From Macrostomum lignano (lineage: Eukaryota), in assembly GCA_002269645.1 (NCBI GenBank), contig NIVC01000957.1, positions 334,514 through 398,513 on the forward strand: a stretch of 64,000 nt of DNA, read 5' to 3'. The notes beneath the pieces are model-generated. The model did not search any database and was not told the origin of the DNA. It was given only the letters and a program-made list of their open reading frames with translations. The translations under genes and the position numbers were made by a program. Positions 10,751 to 21,694 of this stretch are shown piece by piece (position 1 is the stretch's first letter; the number at the start of each line of letters is the position of its first letter).

Positions 10751-13700
10751 TCAAGGTTGCAGGCGTTCAGGTGGCTGCCTTCGACGCTGCGGGTAGCGCC
10801 TCGCCGGACTGCTTGGCCGGTCAGCGGCGGCGGTGGCCGCGTCATCCTGCGGCGCGTCATTGCCGCCGTCGCCTTCGCTTTGCTCGGTGGGCGGCGAATG
10901 CGGCTCATCGGAGAAAGCGGCCGGTGGCAACGGGTTGGCCTCCGGCAGCGAGCTCGTCAGCAGCTGGTCCGTGTGCCGCCGATGGAGAGCGCCGCCGACC
11001 TCAACGTCGCAGTTGCGGGATCTAGCGGATACGACGCTACCCTCCGCCCAGCGAGTCCCGCCGCCAGCCTTAGCGTTGGAGCTGTAGTCGCGCAGTAGAA
11101 CTCGGTCACCGACTTGAAACTCGCGCGCATGCGGCTGCTGCTCGACCTGCCGCTCTTGGTGCTGCTGCATGCTGCTCGTCAGTGATGGCATCAGCAGGTC
11201 CAGCCGACTGCGCAGTCTGCGGCCGATGAGCAGCTGGCTGGGAGCCTCGCCGGTGATCGAGTGCGGCGTGTTGCGGTAGGACAGCAGCATCCGCTGTAGT
11301 GCCGCCGTCGAGTGCCCGCTCTTGAGCAGATGTCGCTTCAGCACCTGAACGAACCTCTCCGCTTGGCCGTTCGTTGCCGGATGGAACGGCGCCGAGAAAA
11401 CATGCCGAATGCCGTTGCGCCTTGTGAACTCGCCGAACTCCGCGGAGGTGAACTGCGTGACGTTGTCGGAGACCAACACCCGGGGAATGCCCAGTCTGGC
11501 GAAGACCTCGCGGAGTCGCTCGATAGTGGCAGCAGACGTAACGCTGTGCACCTGATGAACCTCCGGCCACTTGCTGAAGGCGTCCACAATGACTAGGTAC
11601 GTGCGACCGTTAACGGGGCCGGCGAAGTCCAGGTGCAGCCTCGCCCAAGGTTCAGCAGGAAACGGCCACGGTTGCACCGGCGCTTTGGGCGGGTCGGCCT
11701 GGTTCAGCGTACAGGTCCGGCACGACTTGACGGTCATCGCAAGCTGCTCGTCCAGGCCGGGCCACCAGACGTAGCTGCGGGCCAGCGCTCGCATGCGGTT
11801 GATGCCGGGATGAGCCTGGTGCAACTCGTCCAGCACGCCTTGTCGCAGAGCCGTGGGCACCACGACGCGGGCGCCCCACAGCACGCAGCCCTGTTCAACG
11901 CTCAGCTCGTCCCGCCGCCTCGAGAAGTCGATCAGGTCAGCGCCAGCCATTGGCTTGCCAGTCTGCAGACAGCGAAGCACCCGGCCGAGAATGGCATCCG
12001 AGCGAGTGCTGCGCGCGACCGCTTGAGCCGTTATGGCGGACCCGGTCTCCTCATCCAGCAGCAGGGCGTTGACGGCCGGCTCTTCCTCAAACTGTCTCGG
12101 CAGTGGCAGCCGGGACAGCGAGTCGCAGTTTGCGTGCTTGCTGGTGGGCCGGAACTCCAGCGAGTAGTCGTAACCGGCCAAACGGATCGCCCAGCGCTGC
12201 ATGCGAGCCGCCGCGTGCTCTAGAATCGCCTTGTTTTCGCCGAAAAGTCCTAGGAGCGGCTTGTGGTCTGTCACGATGACAAACTTGCGGCCTTGGAGGA
12301 ACTGATTAAAGCGCTGGAGGCCGAACATGATCGCTAGCGCCTCCTTGTCTAACTGCGAGTAGCCCTTTTGAGCCGTCGTCAGGCTGCGACTGGCAAAGGC
12401 AATGGCTCGGTCCTGGCCGTCCACTCGGTGCGTTAGCACCACGCCGAGACCATAGGGGCTGGCGTCGCACTCGAGCCGCAGCGGCAGCTTGGCGTCATAA
12501 TGCATCAGCACCGGAGACTCGAGCAGAAGATGCTTGGACTTCTCGAAGGCTATCTGCTGAGGCTCCCCCCACGTCCAGCGCGCGTTCTTGGTCAGCAGCT
12601 GATTCAGGGGAGCGACCACCGTGGACAGATGAGGCAGGAATTTGCCGTAGTGCGTCAACATGCCCAAGTAAGCTCGGAGCTGACTGCAGTCTGCGGGTGG
12701 CGGGGCGTCCTGCACCGCCTTCACCTTCTCCGTCAGCGGCCGCAGTCCGTTGCTGTCGATCCGGTGGCCCAGGTACTCGACCGAATCGCGGAACAACTCG
12801 CACTTGTCCTTGTTCAGCCGTAGGCCCGCCTCCTGTAGGCGCTGAAGGACCTTGATAAGATTCTCGCGATGATGCTGCAGCGTCTTGCCCGTCACCAGGA
12901 TGTCATCCATAAAGACTTGCACAGACTCCAGGTCACCGAGCAGCGAGTCTAGCGTGCGCTGGAATACCGCACTGGCGCAGTTGATGCCGAACGGCATGCG
13001 GTTCAGCTGGTACAGGCCTCGCTGCGTGTTGATGGTCAAGAAGGGCTTGCTGTCCTCAGACAATGGCAGCTGCAGGAAGGCGTTTGACATGTCCAGCTTG
13101 GACCATTTGCAGCCGCCACCCAGCTTTGCAAATAAGTCATCAATGCGCGGCAGTGGGTACAGCTCCGGCCTAGACTCTGCGTTGTAGGTGAGCTTGTAGT
13201 CGCCGCAGATCCTTACCGAACCGTCCTTCTTGACAACAGGCACAATCGGCGCAGCCCAGTCAGAATTTTTGACTGGCGTGATGATGCCGTCAGTCTCCAT
13301 CCGTCGAAGTTCCTGGTCGACGCGCTCCCGGAGTGCATAGGGGACCGGCCTGGCCTTGAAAAAGCGCGGCTTCGCCTCAGTTGGCATGTGCAGTTTCACC
13401 TCGCCTTGCCGATAGGTGCCAAGGCCGCCTTGGAAGACCTCGGGGAACTGCGCGAGCAGATCAGCTGCTTGTCCGGTCACTGAGTTGACCTGACCAAGGA
13501 TCGTCGGCCAGTCCAATCTCAGCTGTGTCAGCCAGTCGCGACCCAGTAGTGCGACATCGCCTTGCTCGACAACAAGCAGCGTCAACCGCCGATCTTGGCC
13601 ATTGTGCTGAACCGCGACCTCTGCCTGTCCGATGGGTCGAAAGCTCTCGCCCGTGTAGGTGCGCAGCACCGTGGATGTCGGCGACAGACGGAGACCCGGC

Positions 13701-14677
13701 AGAACATCCTCTTGGAGACTCTTCGGGATGACAGTGAGGGCGGAGCCGGTATCCACCTCGAAGCGACATGGCTTGCCTTGGAGCAGCAGCTGGACCGCCA
13801 GACCCTTGCTCGATCCGCTCTGCCTAATGCTGAAGAGGGGCTCCTGCAGCTCAGCCGTCTCTGGATCCAACTTGTGCAGCTTTGAAGACCTGCACACCTT
13901 GCGGATGTGCCCGACTTTGCCGCAGTTGTGGCACTTGGCCTCACGAAGCTTGCACTGTTGCCGACTGTGGGCACCGCCGCAGCTTGCACACGCGCCTGAC
14001 GCAGCAGCTGCCCGCATAGCGTTGGCTTGAGCTCCGGGCGGCTGACGGGGAGCCTGCTTGTTGAGCTCTTTGGGCGCAGTGGGCTTCTTGTGGAGGCGCA
14101 GGTGAGCGACTGCTTCAGCACGGTGCGCCATCTCCGACGAAGATTTTTCCGCTGCCTCCAAAGCGTCGACTCTGGCCACGAGCGTCTTGAAGTCGGGCTG
14201 ATCGATCTCCAGCAGCTTTGCACGGTGCACGTCACTGCGGAGACCGAAGACAAACTGGTCGCGCAGTCTCTCGTCCAGAGTGCTGATGCAGTGGGATCCG
14301 TCTGACCCGTCCAGAGTGAACTCAAATTTGCAATGCTCCGAGGCAGCTTTTAGGCCAGCAATAAAGTCCGCGAGACTCTCGCCGGGCTTCTGCACGCGCT
14401 GTTGAAAGCGGAATCTGGCGGATAGCATTGACGTCTTGGGAGAGTAATGTGCCTTCAAGACAGCAGCTAAGTCTGAGTATGACTTGGAGGTCACCGTTTC
14501 CGGCAGGCACAGATTCCGAAGAACCTTGTAAGCGTCCTCTCCGATGGCGGTCACCAGCGTGGCGACCTTCGCCTCGTCTCGGACTTCTTTACAGATGAAA
14601 TATTGTTCGAGCCTCTCTAGGTATACCTCAATGTCAGAGTTTGCAGAGAGTTCTGGAATTCTACCAGTTGTAGCCAT
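10751..14677 (-). CDS. Gag-Pol polyprotein (1308 aa): Gag with two CCHC-type knuckles, aspartic protease, RT, RNase H, integrase
   Basis: CASCGGAHSRQQC and CHNCGKVGHIRKVC; FEVDTGS; VFMDDILV; LECDASPYG; HQAHPG..CRTC, LHLDFAG, SDN, NGQAERF; Gypsy domain order. Confidence 0.98.
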   Translation of the reverse strand: MATTGRIPELSANSDIEVYLERLEQYFICKEVRDEAKVATLVTAIGEDAYKVLRNLCLPETVTSKSYSDLAAVLKAHYSPKTSMLSARFRFQQRVQKPGESLADFIAGLKAASEHCKFEFTLDGSDGSHCISTLDERLRDQFVFGLRSDVHRAKLLEIDQPDFKTLVARVDALEAAEKSSSEMAHRAEAVAHLRLHKKPTAPKELNKQAPRQPPGAQANAMRAAAASGACASCGGAHSRQQCKLREAKCHNCGKVGHIRKVCRSSKLHKLDPETAELQEPLFSIRQSGSSKGLAVQLLLQGKPCRFEVDTGSALTVIPKSLQEDVLPGLRLSPTSTVLRTYTGESFRPIGQAEVAVQHNGQDRRLTLLVVEQGDVALLGRDWLTQLRLDWPTILGQVNSVTGQAADLLAQFPEVFQGGLGTYRQGEVKLHMPTEAKPRFFKARPVPYALRERVDQELRRMETDGIITPVKNSDWAAPIVPVVKKDGSVRICGDYKLTYNAESRPELYPLPRIDDLFAKLGGGCKWSKLDMSNAFLQLPLSEDSKPFLTINTQRGLYQLNRMPFGINCASAVFQRTLDSLLGDLESVQVFMDDILVTGKTLQHHRENLIKVLQRLQEAGLRLNKDKCELFRDSVEYLGHRIDSNGLRPLTEKVKAVQDAPPPADCSQLRAYLGMLTHYGKFLPHLSTVVAPLNQLLTKNARWTWGEPQQIAFEKSKHLLLESPVLMHYDAKLPLRLECDASPYGLGVVLTHRVDGQDRAIAFASRSLTTAQKGYSQLDKEALAIMFGLQRFNQFLQGRKFVIVTDHKPLLGLFGENKAILEHAAARMQRWAIRLAGYDYSLEFRPTSKHANCDSLSRLPLPRQFEEEPAVNALLLDEETGSAITAQAVARSTRSDAILGRVLRCLQTGKPMAGADLIDFSRRRDELSVEQGCVLWGARVVVPTALRQGVLDELHQAHPGINRMRALARSYVWWPGLDEQLAMTVKSCRTCTLNQADPPKAPVQPWPFPAEPWARLHLDFAGPVNGRTYLVIVDAFSKWPEVHQVHSVTSAATIERLREVFARLGIPRVLVSDNVTQFTSAEFGEFTRRNGIRHVFSAPFHPATNGQAERFVQVLKRHLLKSGHSTAALQRMLLSYRNTPHSITGEAPSQLLIGRRLRSRLDLLMPSLTSSMQQHQERQVEQQPHAREFQVGDRVLLRDYSSNAKAGGGTRWAEGSVVSARSRNCDVEVGGALHRRHTDQLLTSSLPEANPLPPAAFSDEPHSPPTEQSEGDGGNDAPQDDAATAAADRPSSPARRYPQRRRQPPERLQP

Positions 14678-14680
14678 TTT

Positions 14681-14690
14681 CTCGTCGCCA
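14681..14690 (-). promoter_or_regulatory. Primer-binding site TGGCGACGAG, complementary to a tRNA 3' end (tRNA-Ser type); gag ATG follows 3 nt later
   Basis: Lies 1 nt inside the 5' LTR boundary. Confidence 0.85.
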
Positions 14691-14691
14691 A

Positions 14692-15020
14692 TGTGAAGTT
14701 ATGAGCCGAGTACGCAAACGAGACGAGACGAGTAATTTGCAAATTGGAAGTGGAAAAACACGCGCGAAATCTTATGCGCGGTGTCGCAGTATTTATTAAA
14801 TTGAATTCACTTAGTCAGCATAAATTACTAGATTGAGATTAGGGGTGGGTGCTGCGCTGGCCAACAAAGAGAGAGAAGAAAGTGAATTAGATAACTCCAG
14901 CCCCCGACGCTGGGGTGGCAAGGGTACACTAGAACTAAAACTCAAATAACAAATAATAATAATCTAACTGAGTGAACTTTTAAGTGGCCAATGCCATACG
15001 TATAACTAAGCTATCTGACA
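14692..15020 (-). repeat. 5' LTR (329 bp)
   Basis: TGT/ACA termini, adjacent to PBS and TSD. Confidence 0.97.
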
Positions 15021-15165
15021 GTCATGGACTGTGAATGTGGCATCCAGTGTCAGTGACAGGTGAGTTTCATGGACTGTGAATGTGGCATCCAGTGTCATGG
15101 ACTGTGAATGTGGCATCCAGTGTCATGGACTGTGAATGTGGCATCCAGTGTCATGGACTGTGGTG
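15021..15165 (+). repeat. Right part of the 45-bp minisatellite, switching to 28-bp units lacking the donor motif
   Basis: One 45-bp unit, then three 28-bp units CATGGACTGTGAATGTGGCATCCAGTGT. Confidence 0.93.
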
Positions 15166-15725
15166 GCCATAAACTACTCTCAAGGTGCCACTCCATTTTG
15201 CGCGGGTAAAAGCTGTTTAAATTCCTTTCACTTGTTGCGTGCAGGCGTCACCTCCCTTCTTCTGGCTCTTGACGCCGCCCCCCCCCCGCAGAGCAGGAGC
15301 CTCACCTTTTGCCTTTTTCTCCCCGCTGATTAATGTGACTCCTTTTCTCGCGTGTGAGCTGAGCGGGCGAGAGGATCTGAGATTTTCCGAGCTGTGTTAG
15401 CCAGGGAATAATTGCTTCTTTTGGCGCAGCTGCAATTGCAATTTGGGGGGGGGGGGGGAGTGAGCGGGCCGCCACTTTTACCTGGGCTCTGATCGGCTGC
15501 CCTGCAGCCTCGTGAGAGCCTCGCCATCCTGTCAGCATCCATTCGGAAAAAGAAAATTAAAACCTGAGCACACTGAAGCTGACAGCCAATCTGATACGAG
15601 CTACATCAACTCTCTCTCTCTCTACCTCTCTCCAGCAGGACAAATCGACTTTTAATTCAAAGCGAGAATTTTAGTGACTTCATGGCCGTCTTTAGGTCAA
15701 AGCTTTTGGGATAAGAGGGTATGCT

Positions 15726-16058
15726 CTTATCTCTCATTCCCCCCTCTCCTTTGCAGCTTATCTCCCATTCCCCCTCTCCTTTGCAGCTTATCTCCCATTC
15801 CCCCTCTCCTTTGCAGCTTATCTCCCATTCCCCCTCTCCTTTGCAGCTTATCTCCCATTCCCCCTCTCCTTTGCAGCTTATCTCCCATTCCCCCTCTCCT
15901 TTGCAGCTTATCTCCCATTCCCCCTCTCCTTTGCAGCTTATCTCCCATTCCCCCTCTCCTTTGCAGCTTATCTCCCATTCCTCCCTCTCCTTTGCAGCTT
16001 ATCTCCCATTCCCCCTCTCCTTTGCAGCTTATCTCCCATTCCCCCCTCTCCTTTGCAG
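15726..16058 (+). repeat. 30-bp tandem array, 11 units, each resembling a complete 3' splice acceptor
   Basis: Unit CTTATCTCCCATTCCCCCTCTCCTTTGCAG; last AG ends 86 nt before the GPCR ATG. Confidence 0.93.
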
Positions 16059-16143
16059 CGTCTCTAAATTCCGCAGAGTCCGCAACAGTCCGCAACAGTC
16101 CGCAACAGTCCGCAACAGTCCGCGAGGATCTGCAACAGTTCCC

Positions 16144-17073
16144 ATGGCCGCGCCGGCCCTCGGCGACCTGCTGGCGGCGCCGGCCAACGCCACTCTGCCC
16201 AGCAACTGCAGCCCGCCGCCGGAGCTGCTCACCCGCCTGTCCGTCAGCTACCAGGAGGCGCACAAATACCTCGCCACCATCCTGTGCAGCGTCGGCGCCG
16301 CCACCAACTTGCTGAACATGGTCGTCTTCTGCCAGCGATCGATGCGCAACCCCACCAACACGCTGCTGACCGCCCTGGCTCTCTGCGACTGCCTGCTGTC
16401 CATGTCCTACCTGCCGTTCTGCCTGTACTTCACCATGCAGAACCGGCTGAGGCAGGGCTGCCCGGAGCCCTACGCCTGGCAGCTGTTCCTGTGGGTGCAG
16501 GTCTGCCTGGCCATCTTCGCGCACTCCTGCAGCTCCTGGATCACGGTGGCCCTGGCCGCCTTCCGCCTCGTCTACATCGAGCTGCCGGTGCGCAGCAAGC
16601 AGATCTGCACTAACCGGACCTCCCTGCTCAGCATCGGCCTCGCCTGCGTCGCCTCCGTTGCCATGGTGGCACCGAACGCGCTCGAGCATCACGTGACCTT
16701 GGCCAAGCCGGAGAAAGTTCGCGCCAGAAGCCACCTGTGCGGGCTCGATCCTAACGCTACCTACTTTGAGTTCGAACTGAAGTTTCAAAACACGCTGCTG
16801 AGCAGCCTCAACTTCTGGATCATCGGGCTGGGGATCAAATTCCTGCCCGTGCTGCTGCTCACCCTGCTCAGCGTCCTCCTCATCCGCTCGCTACGGCGGA
16901 CTCACGTCAGGCGCAAGGCGCTGCGAGCTGGCGCCAAGTCTGCGTCTGCTGGCGCCGCGGCGCCGGATGGTGCAGCGGCCGGGGGGCAGAGCGAGACGGA
17001 CAGGCAGACCAACCGGACCACCAAGATCCTCATCACCATCGTGCTGGTCAGCGTGGTCAGCGTCTGGCCTCAG
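16144..17073 (+). CDS. Class A peptide GPCR (DMSR/myosuppressin-receptor-like, Srw-type), coding exon 1 (TM1 to mid-TM6)
   Basis: ATG in CCCATGGCC context; NLLNMVVF, RNPTNTLLTALALCD, SSWITVALAAFR, IKFLPVLLL, RTTKILITIV; donor CAG|GTGAGC at 17074; phase 0. Confidence 0.93.
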
Positions 17074-17148
17074 GTGAGCCGCTGCTCAATGAAGAATCGC
17101 CTGCTCTCGGTCTGTCCGGGCCTGTTTCTCGGTCCCCCATCTGGCCCA

Positions 17149-17470
17149 TAATCTGGTACTTAATCTGGTTATCAATCTGGTTATCAATCTGGTTATCAAT
17201 CTGGTTATCAATCTGGTTATCAATCTGTTCCTAAATCTAGTTATCAATCTGGTTATCAATCTGGTTATCAATCTGTTCCTAAATCTAGTTATCAATCTGT
17301 TCCTAAATCTGGTTATCAATCTGGTACTCAATCTGGTTATCAATCTGTTCCTAAATCTGGTTATCAATCTGGTCCTCAATCTGGTTATCAATCTGGTCCT
17401 CAGTCTGGTTATCAATCTGGTCCTCAATCTGGTTATCAATCTGGTTATCAATCTGGTCCTCAGTCTGATC
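17149..17470. repeat. 12-bp tandem repeat (AATCTGGTTATC) just after the GPCR donor
   Basis: Visible periodicity with variant units. Confidence 0.95.
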
Positions 17471-19210
17471 CTCTATATAGTCCTTAATCTGGTCCAGCCT
17501 CTTCAGTTAAAAATTATTTCTGCTAAAGATTTCCGCGAATGCATGGTAGAGCGCAATATTAGAGTTATTCAGAGTAACTGCAATTAATTACTCCTACGCT
17601 CACCAGCTCCATCGGGAAGTGATCAGCTTCCCTCAGCTCAGCTCCGACTAACCGCATTAAATAGCGAAGGCCGAGCCTCCCTGACGGCAGGCCCGTGACA
17701 AGCCTGCCAATGTCTCCCATTAATATTCATGCACCGCCAAAGTTGTCTCAAGATGGCTTGAGCACCGGTTTCTAAGAATTCCCCCGTCAGAAATCTGTCG
17801 ATTTTTGGTTGCTGCGCAAGCTGCTGCAACTTCGTATGCTGCCAAGATTTGAAATTTTTTTTCGCGTAGCCTAATCTTGCCGAGCTTAATCTTGCCGAGC
17901 CTAATCTTGCCGAGGTCAAGCGAGGCTTAGAGAAATCTGATGCCGGTTTAAAAACGCAGCAAAAGCCAACAATTCCCCTTAAAATCTTTGCTGCTCCTGC
18001 TGTCGAATTCTCAGCAAAATCTAATGGCACTTGGAAACACCAAACCTTTATGCAAAAAGCAGCTTAAAGAAGTCTTCTACGCTACATATCGGATATCGGC
18101 ATTCTGGATCTTCTGGGTTCCATTCTGAGCTCGATTCAAAGCCACGATGGCTAAAGCCCTCCAAACCGAGAGAAAGTCAGGGCCATTGTACACCCCGCGT
18201 GAGCTGAGCTGCGGTTCGGCGGTCACGACAGCAAAAGTAGCTCAAATTGGCGCGCTGTTAATTAAGTTTTCAACGCTACATATCGGTAATGAGTTTTATA
18301 GCAAACACAGGGCACCCAACTGTAGCAATGTCTGAGGATATTGCTATTATGAAGCAGCTGCTTCAACGGTGATTGGCGATGACGGGGCATTTCGCTACTC
18401 TTTAGCCGAAAGCAGAAGCTTAACAGAGAGAGAGACAAATATGGAAAATTGAAACTGTATGCGGCTTCCAGGCCTTCGTTTCTTGCTGCTGTTTAACCAG
18501 AAATTTTATCCACAATATATTGCAAAATACGAGTATATGCAATATCATGCGACACTCATAGTATGATTATAGAGTGAGTCTCAAGGTAGTTTGAATTATA
18601 CTGTGAGATCCCGTCTTCATGGGTGAATCTCATAGTAGATTACAGAGTGAGTCTCATAGTAGATTAGAGAGTGAATCTCATAGTAGACCAGTGAGTGAAT
18701 CTCATAGTAGATTAAAGAGTGAATCTCATAGTAGATCAGTGAGTGAATCCTACATTAGATTTCGCAGTAAATCTCACAGGGAGATATAGATTAGAAGCGT
18801 GAATCTCAGCTGAGATTGAAAAATTAAAGAATTAATTAATTTTATAAAGAATAAGCCCTCTGCAACAGGGCCAGCGACGGCCTCTTGGGTGTGGCAGTCT
18901 CTTCTAGAAGAAAGACCCTTTTCTAATTTCTTCTTGACAGCTCATTGTCGCAGCTGCTCCCTCACGGCCCGCTGGATTTCTCGCCAATGACCAAAAATGA
19001 CAATGAATCGATGAAGTTCTTTGCGAATTGGATATTTATGACGCTGACTTGATCAGTTCAAAGGGCCGATTTGATTGAAATTTCCGCTACAAAGGTGAAA
19101 AAGGATTTCCAGTGATGCTTGCTGTCCAAAACGATTTTTGCCATATTCTTCTCACCTGAAAAATGTACGAGCGTATTTTTATAATTATGCTCATAGGAAG
19201 TATTTATAAA

Positions 19211-20026
19211 GTCCATATATGGAATTGTGCATGCTATAGAGATCTGACAAGTCCATATATGGAATTGTGCATGCTATAGAGATCTGACAAGTCCATATAT
19301 GGAATTGTGCATGCTATAGAGGTTTGACAAGTCCATATATGGAATTGTGCATGCTATAGAGATCTGACAAGTCCATATATGGAATTGTGCATGCTATAGA
19401 GATCTGACAAGTCCATATATAGAAGTGTGCATGCTATAGAGATCTGACAAGTCCATATATGGAATTGTGCATGCTATAGAGGTTTGACAAGTCCATATAT
19501 GGAATTGTGCATGCTATAGAGATCTGACAAGTCCATATATGGAATTGTGCATGCTATAGAGATCTGACAAGTCCATATATGGAATTGTGCATGCTATAGA
19601 GGTTTGACAAGTCCATATATGGAATTGTGCATGCTATAGAGGTTTGACAAGTCCATATATGGAAGTGTGCATGCTATAGAGATCTGACAAGTCATATATG
19701 GAATTGTGCATGCTATAGAGGTTTGACAAGTCCATATATGGAAGTGTGCATGCTATAGAGATCTGACAAGTCCATATATGGAAGTGTGCATGCTATAGAG
19801 ATCTAACAAGTCCATATATGGAAGTGTGCATGCTATAGAGATCTGACAAGTCCATATATAGAAGTGTGCATGCTATAGAGATCTGACAAATCCACATATG
19901 GAAGTGTGCATGCTATAGAGATCTAACAAGTCCATATATGGAAGTGTGCATGCTATAGAGATCTAACAAGTCCATATATGGAAGTGTGCATGCTATAGAG
20001 ATCTGAAAAGTCCATATATGGAAGTG
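19211..20026. repeat. 40-bp minisatellite, ~20 units
   Basis: Unit GTCCATATATGGAATTGTGCATGCTATAGAGATCTGACAA. Confidence 0.97.
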
Positions 20027-20559
20027 CGTGTACATAAGAAGGCAAAAACTACATCTAAACACCCTGTACAGCCAAAGCCAAATTCAATAAGATGGAGTCT
20101 CCAGCTTCTTTAAATACGGATATAAATATAAGCACTACAGGAGCAGAGGCTCACAGGACAGTATCCAACTGCCCGTACAGCAGGATCAAGGATTAGGGAG
20201 GGTCTACAATAATATTCTGTATATTCACGGAGCCAGAGTGGTGCCAGAGGCAGATTAACATGGGCGAATCGCTACAATTCTGAAAAAAGTTGCTGCATCA
20301 GCGGCCCCCTGGGGCTGAGCAGGAGAAGCAGCTCAAAGAGGGGAAGAAAGAGGGGGGAAGAGAGAGGGAAGCGGGGCACTGCAGATGAGCCCCGCGGATC
20401 ACTGCAGTTTGGATAAAACTACTCAATGCTTTGCTCTGGCTATTATTAGGAGACTGGCATGCACACTGCGCCCGGCAAAAGCAGAAATCATTTTGTTTCT
20501 TTTGCTTATTGCAGTGCGGTTTTTTAGCTGTGACTAGCAATCTACGCCCCCCGTTGGGG

Positions 20560-21600
20560 AGCCAAAGAAATGCAATACACGTTTTTTTAATAAGCTAAAT
20601 GTATCCTTGAAATCTTAAAAAATCTCCAGTCAAACCTTGTAAGCCTTGACTTGTCAGTTATCCCACCACAAGCTTTAACATATCAACTTCCCCCCTTGAC
20701 ATCTCAGCAATGCCCCCAATAAGCCTTGGAAATCTAAAAATATCTGTCAACCTTCTAACCCTAACCCTAGCCTAACCCTAACCCTAACCCTAAAGCATTG
20801 AAATTTCAGTAATTCTCTCTAAGAGTCATTATAGCACTACTACAGCATTATAGCGATTCCTTGCAAGCCTCAACATCGTAGGGATTCCCAAATGAATCTC
20901 TTAACTTCGACATGAAGCTTCTTTTATTCTTTACATTACGCTTTTTTATCAGCGATCCCTCCCCTGAGGAGGCATCAAATAATGTAATAAAAAGTTTTCA
21001 ATAAACTACATGTAGCTTCTGACTTTAGCCTTGAAATCTCATTTATACCCCCGTGAGCCTTGACATCTCAGCTATTCCCCCGTAAGCCTTGACATGTCAG
21101 CAATGGCCCCCATAAACCTTGAAATCTAAAAAATCCCCTGTTAACCTTGAAACCCGATAAAATATAACCCTCAACCCACACCTGACCTAAACCTAACTTT
21201 AACCCAACCTAAAGCCTTGAAATCTCAGCAATTCTTCTCCCCTAAGCCTTGACATTTTAGTGATTCTTTCTTTAAGAATCACAGCACTATAACGATTTCC
21301 ACCAAGCTTTGACATCGTAGCAATTCCCAAATGAATCTTTTAACTTCGACATGACTTTTCTTTTATGTATAAATAGTGCTACTTTTATTTTTTACATGAC
21401 TTTTCTTCTATCAGTGCCCCCCCCGTGACGAGCCAACAAAGAATGCAATAAAAAATGGAGTAAAGTACATGAACTTTGAAGTAGCTTCTGACTTTTGCTT
21501 TGACATCTCAGAAACCCCCCCCCCGTAATCTCAGTTATTCTCTGAGAGCCTTTGCGTCTCAGTTTTTCTCCCCAGCACAGCATTATAGTTGCATTTAACT
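20560..21600. repeat. Degenerate ~400-bp duplication containing interstitial (CCCTAA)n telomere-like repeats
   Basis: CTAACCCTAACCCTAGCCTAACCCTAACCCTAACCC at ~20755-20792; the block TTCCCAAATGAATCT..TAACTTCGACATGA recurs at ~20885 and ~21325. Confidence 0.7.
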
Positions 21601-21694
21601 TTTACATGAACCCTTCATGTCTAACATGACGTTTCTTTTATTCTACCGTGACGCTTCTTAATTTTTTAAATGACACTTTCATTAGTTTTAAATG

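Larger units (their letters stand above)
10407..15020 (-). mobile_element. Full-length Ty3/Gypsy LTR retrotransposon (Mag-like), 4614 bp, 5-bp TSD GTCAT
   Basis: LTRs 10407-10678 and 14692-15020 (TGT...ACA); TSD GTCAT at 10402-10406 and 15021-15025; PBS 14681-14690; PPT 10679-10695; single gag-pol ORF. Confidence 0.98.

Noticed and set aside
15721-16143. N-terminal repeat extension of the GPCR in ORF 15721-17151
   Set aside because: It is translated minisatellite; the ATG at 16144 has good context, gives a normal glycosylated N-terminus, and codon bias starts there
20755-20792. Telomere or chromosome-fusion site
   Set aside because: Only about six imperfect CCCTAA units, one orientation, embedded in a degenerate duplication
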